Shown: piece by piece, positions 63,418 to 64,000 of the stretch | Layout: every line of letters starts with the position of its first letter | How positions within the stretch are numbered: position 1 is the first letter of the stretch | Source of the DNA: an uncultured Ruminococcus sp. | GTDB lineage: Bacteria > Bacillota > Clostridia > Oscillospirales > Ruminococcaceae | Reading direction: 5' to 3' | Assembly (NCBI GenBank): GCA_964480525.1 | Contig: CAYZOV010000005.1 | Location: forward strand, 4,963-68,962 | DNA length: 64,000 bases | Made by a program: the position numbers and the translations under genes | The notes under the pieces: generated by a model | What the model was told of the DNA's origin: nothing | The model's input: only the letters and a program-made list of their open reading frames with translations | The model's database searches: none

Positions 63418-63921
63418 TTACACCTCAATCAAGTTATCGTCCGATTTTTCAACGGTATTTGTTTTTTCTTCTTTGGAAAAAATCTGCATTAACATTGCTT
63501 TTTCGTTTTCTTCCGAAAGTTCTTTACCGTCAACAGTCAGACTGACAATTTCAATGCCATCAAAAGAAAAACCGTCATATTTCAGTTCAAAACCGATTTC
63601 CAAATCTGAAGTTTTGCCGTTGTTATCAAAAGAACAACAAGCGGAAATGCTTGAAATATTATCATGTGTTGAACAAGTCCACAATATCGAATCGTGTCCC
63701 ACATACGACTGAATAGTTTCAAGAATATTATCGTCAGTAATACTCTGATAATCTTCAAAATTTATTATCTGAGAACAAGAATATTTTTGAAGCGTTGTAA
63801 TATAATCGTCATCTGTAGTAACAGCATATCTGACAAAACCGTTGCTGACAAGAGCGATTAAAAGGGTCGCAACCGCAAACATTACCGTATAACTTTTCAA
63901 ACGAGTAACTTTATTTCTCAT
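63418..63921 (-). CDS. Signal-anchored protein of unknown function
   Basis: The ORF is open to 63987. I placed the start provisionally at MRNKVTRLKSYTVMFAVATLLIALV (basic residues then a TM segment), but no start has a convincing RBS. A terminator lies downstream. Confidence 0.45.
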   Translation of the reverse strand: MRNKVTRLKSYTVMFAVATLLIALVSNGFVRYAVTTDDDYITTLQKYSCSQIINFEDYQSITDDNILETIQSYVGHDSILWTCSTHDNISSISACCSFDNNGKTSDLEIGFELKYDGFSFDGIEIVSLTVDGKELSEENEKAMLMQIFSKEEKTNTVEKSDDNLIEV

Positions 63922-64000
63922 TATTAAATAAACAATCGGTACAAAATACCACATTTTTAACTGTGTGCTGTCGTAACATCTAGCCAAAATTTTGTCTTTG

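Noticed and set aside
1-64000. Scan for tRNA/rRNA genes, CRISPR arrays, IS elements/transposases, integrases, prophage or defence-island genes, and toxin-antitoxin pairs.
   Set aside because: No long non-coding stretch has tRNA- or rRNA-like conserved cores. There are no regularly spaced direct repeats. No ORF has transposase, integrase, restriction or Cas hallmarks. The only tandem repeats are coding ones (the surface protein and the Thr linker). This was done by eye only, and tRNAscan, Infernal or minced could still find something I missed.

Overview
This is a 64-kb core-chromosome segment from a low-GC, endospore-forming Firmicute. It looks Clostridia-like, but the genus cannot be determined by eye. 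It carries about 62 protein genes, roughly 85% on the minus strand, tightly packed with many 1-8 nt start/stop overlaps.

Two classic syntenic housekeeping blocks dominate:
- yicC-remA-gmk-rpoZ-priA-def-fmt-[Zn peptidase]-rsmB-rlmN-stp-prkC-rsgA-thiN at 4.8-18.4 kb.
- recN-argR-nadK-tlyA-dxs-ispA-xseB-xseA-[TsaD paralogue]-nusB-asp23-spoIIIAH..AA at 24.7-39.3 kb.

The remaining genes include gdhA, glmS, a divergent ParE/ParC-like type IIA topoisomerase pair, sipL(spoVID-like)-spoIVA, and a 1165-aa sortase-anchored surface protein with beta-helix and Cys-rich repeats. Also present are prmA, cadC-cadA, a D-lactate dehydrogenase, an NCS2 purine permease and rplM-rpsI. I recognised no rRNA, tRNA, CRISPR array, IS/transposase, integrase or phage genes.

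The most interesting unexplained signals are:
1. An orphan structured RNA of about 215 nt at 55281-55534 (minus strand). It has a consensus promoter, a 162-nt rod closed by a perfect 14-bp helix, and a strong intrinsic terminator that abuts the RBS of an uncharacterised lipoprotein/zinc-ribbon operon.
2. A translationally coupled CheY plus CheX-like pair. The CheX-like protein carries four tandem 24-aa MshEN-like (c-di-GMP-receptor-like) motifs at an exact 29-aa period.
3. Repeats of about 200 aa, rich in Cys and His, in the giant surface protein.
4. A divergent type IIA topoisomerase operon led by a small membrane-protein gene and wedged between two sporulation loci.

Nothing here resembles a defence island, and I do not claim a new multi-gene system with confidence. 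All functional calls come from motif recognition by eye, without any database search.
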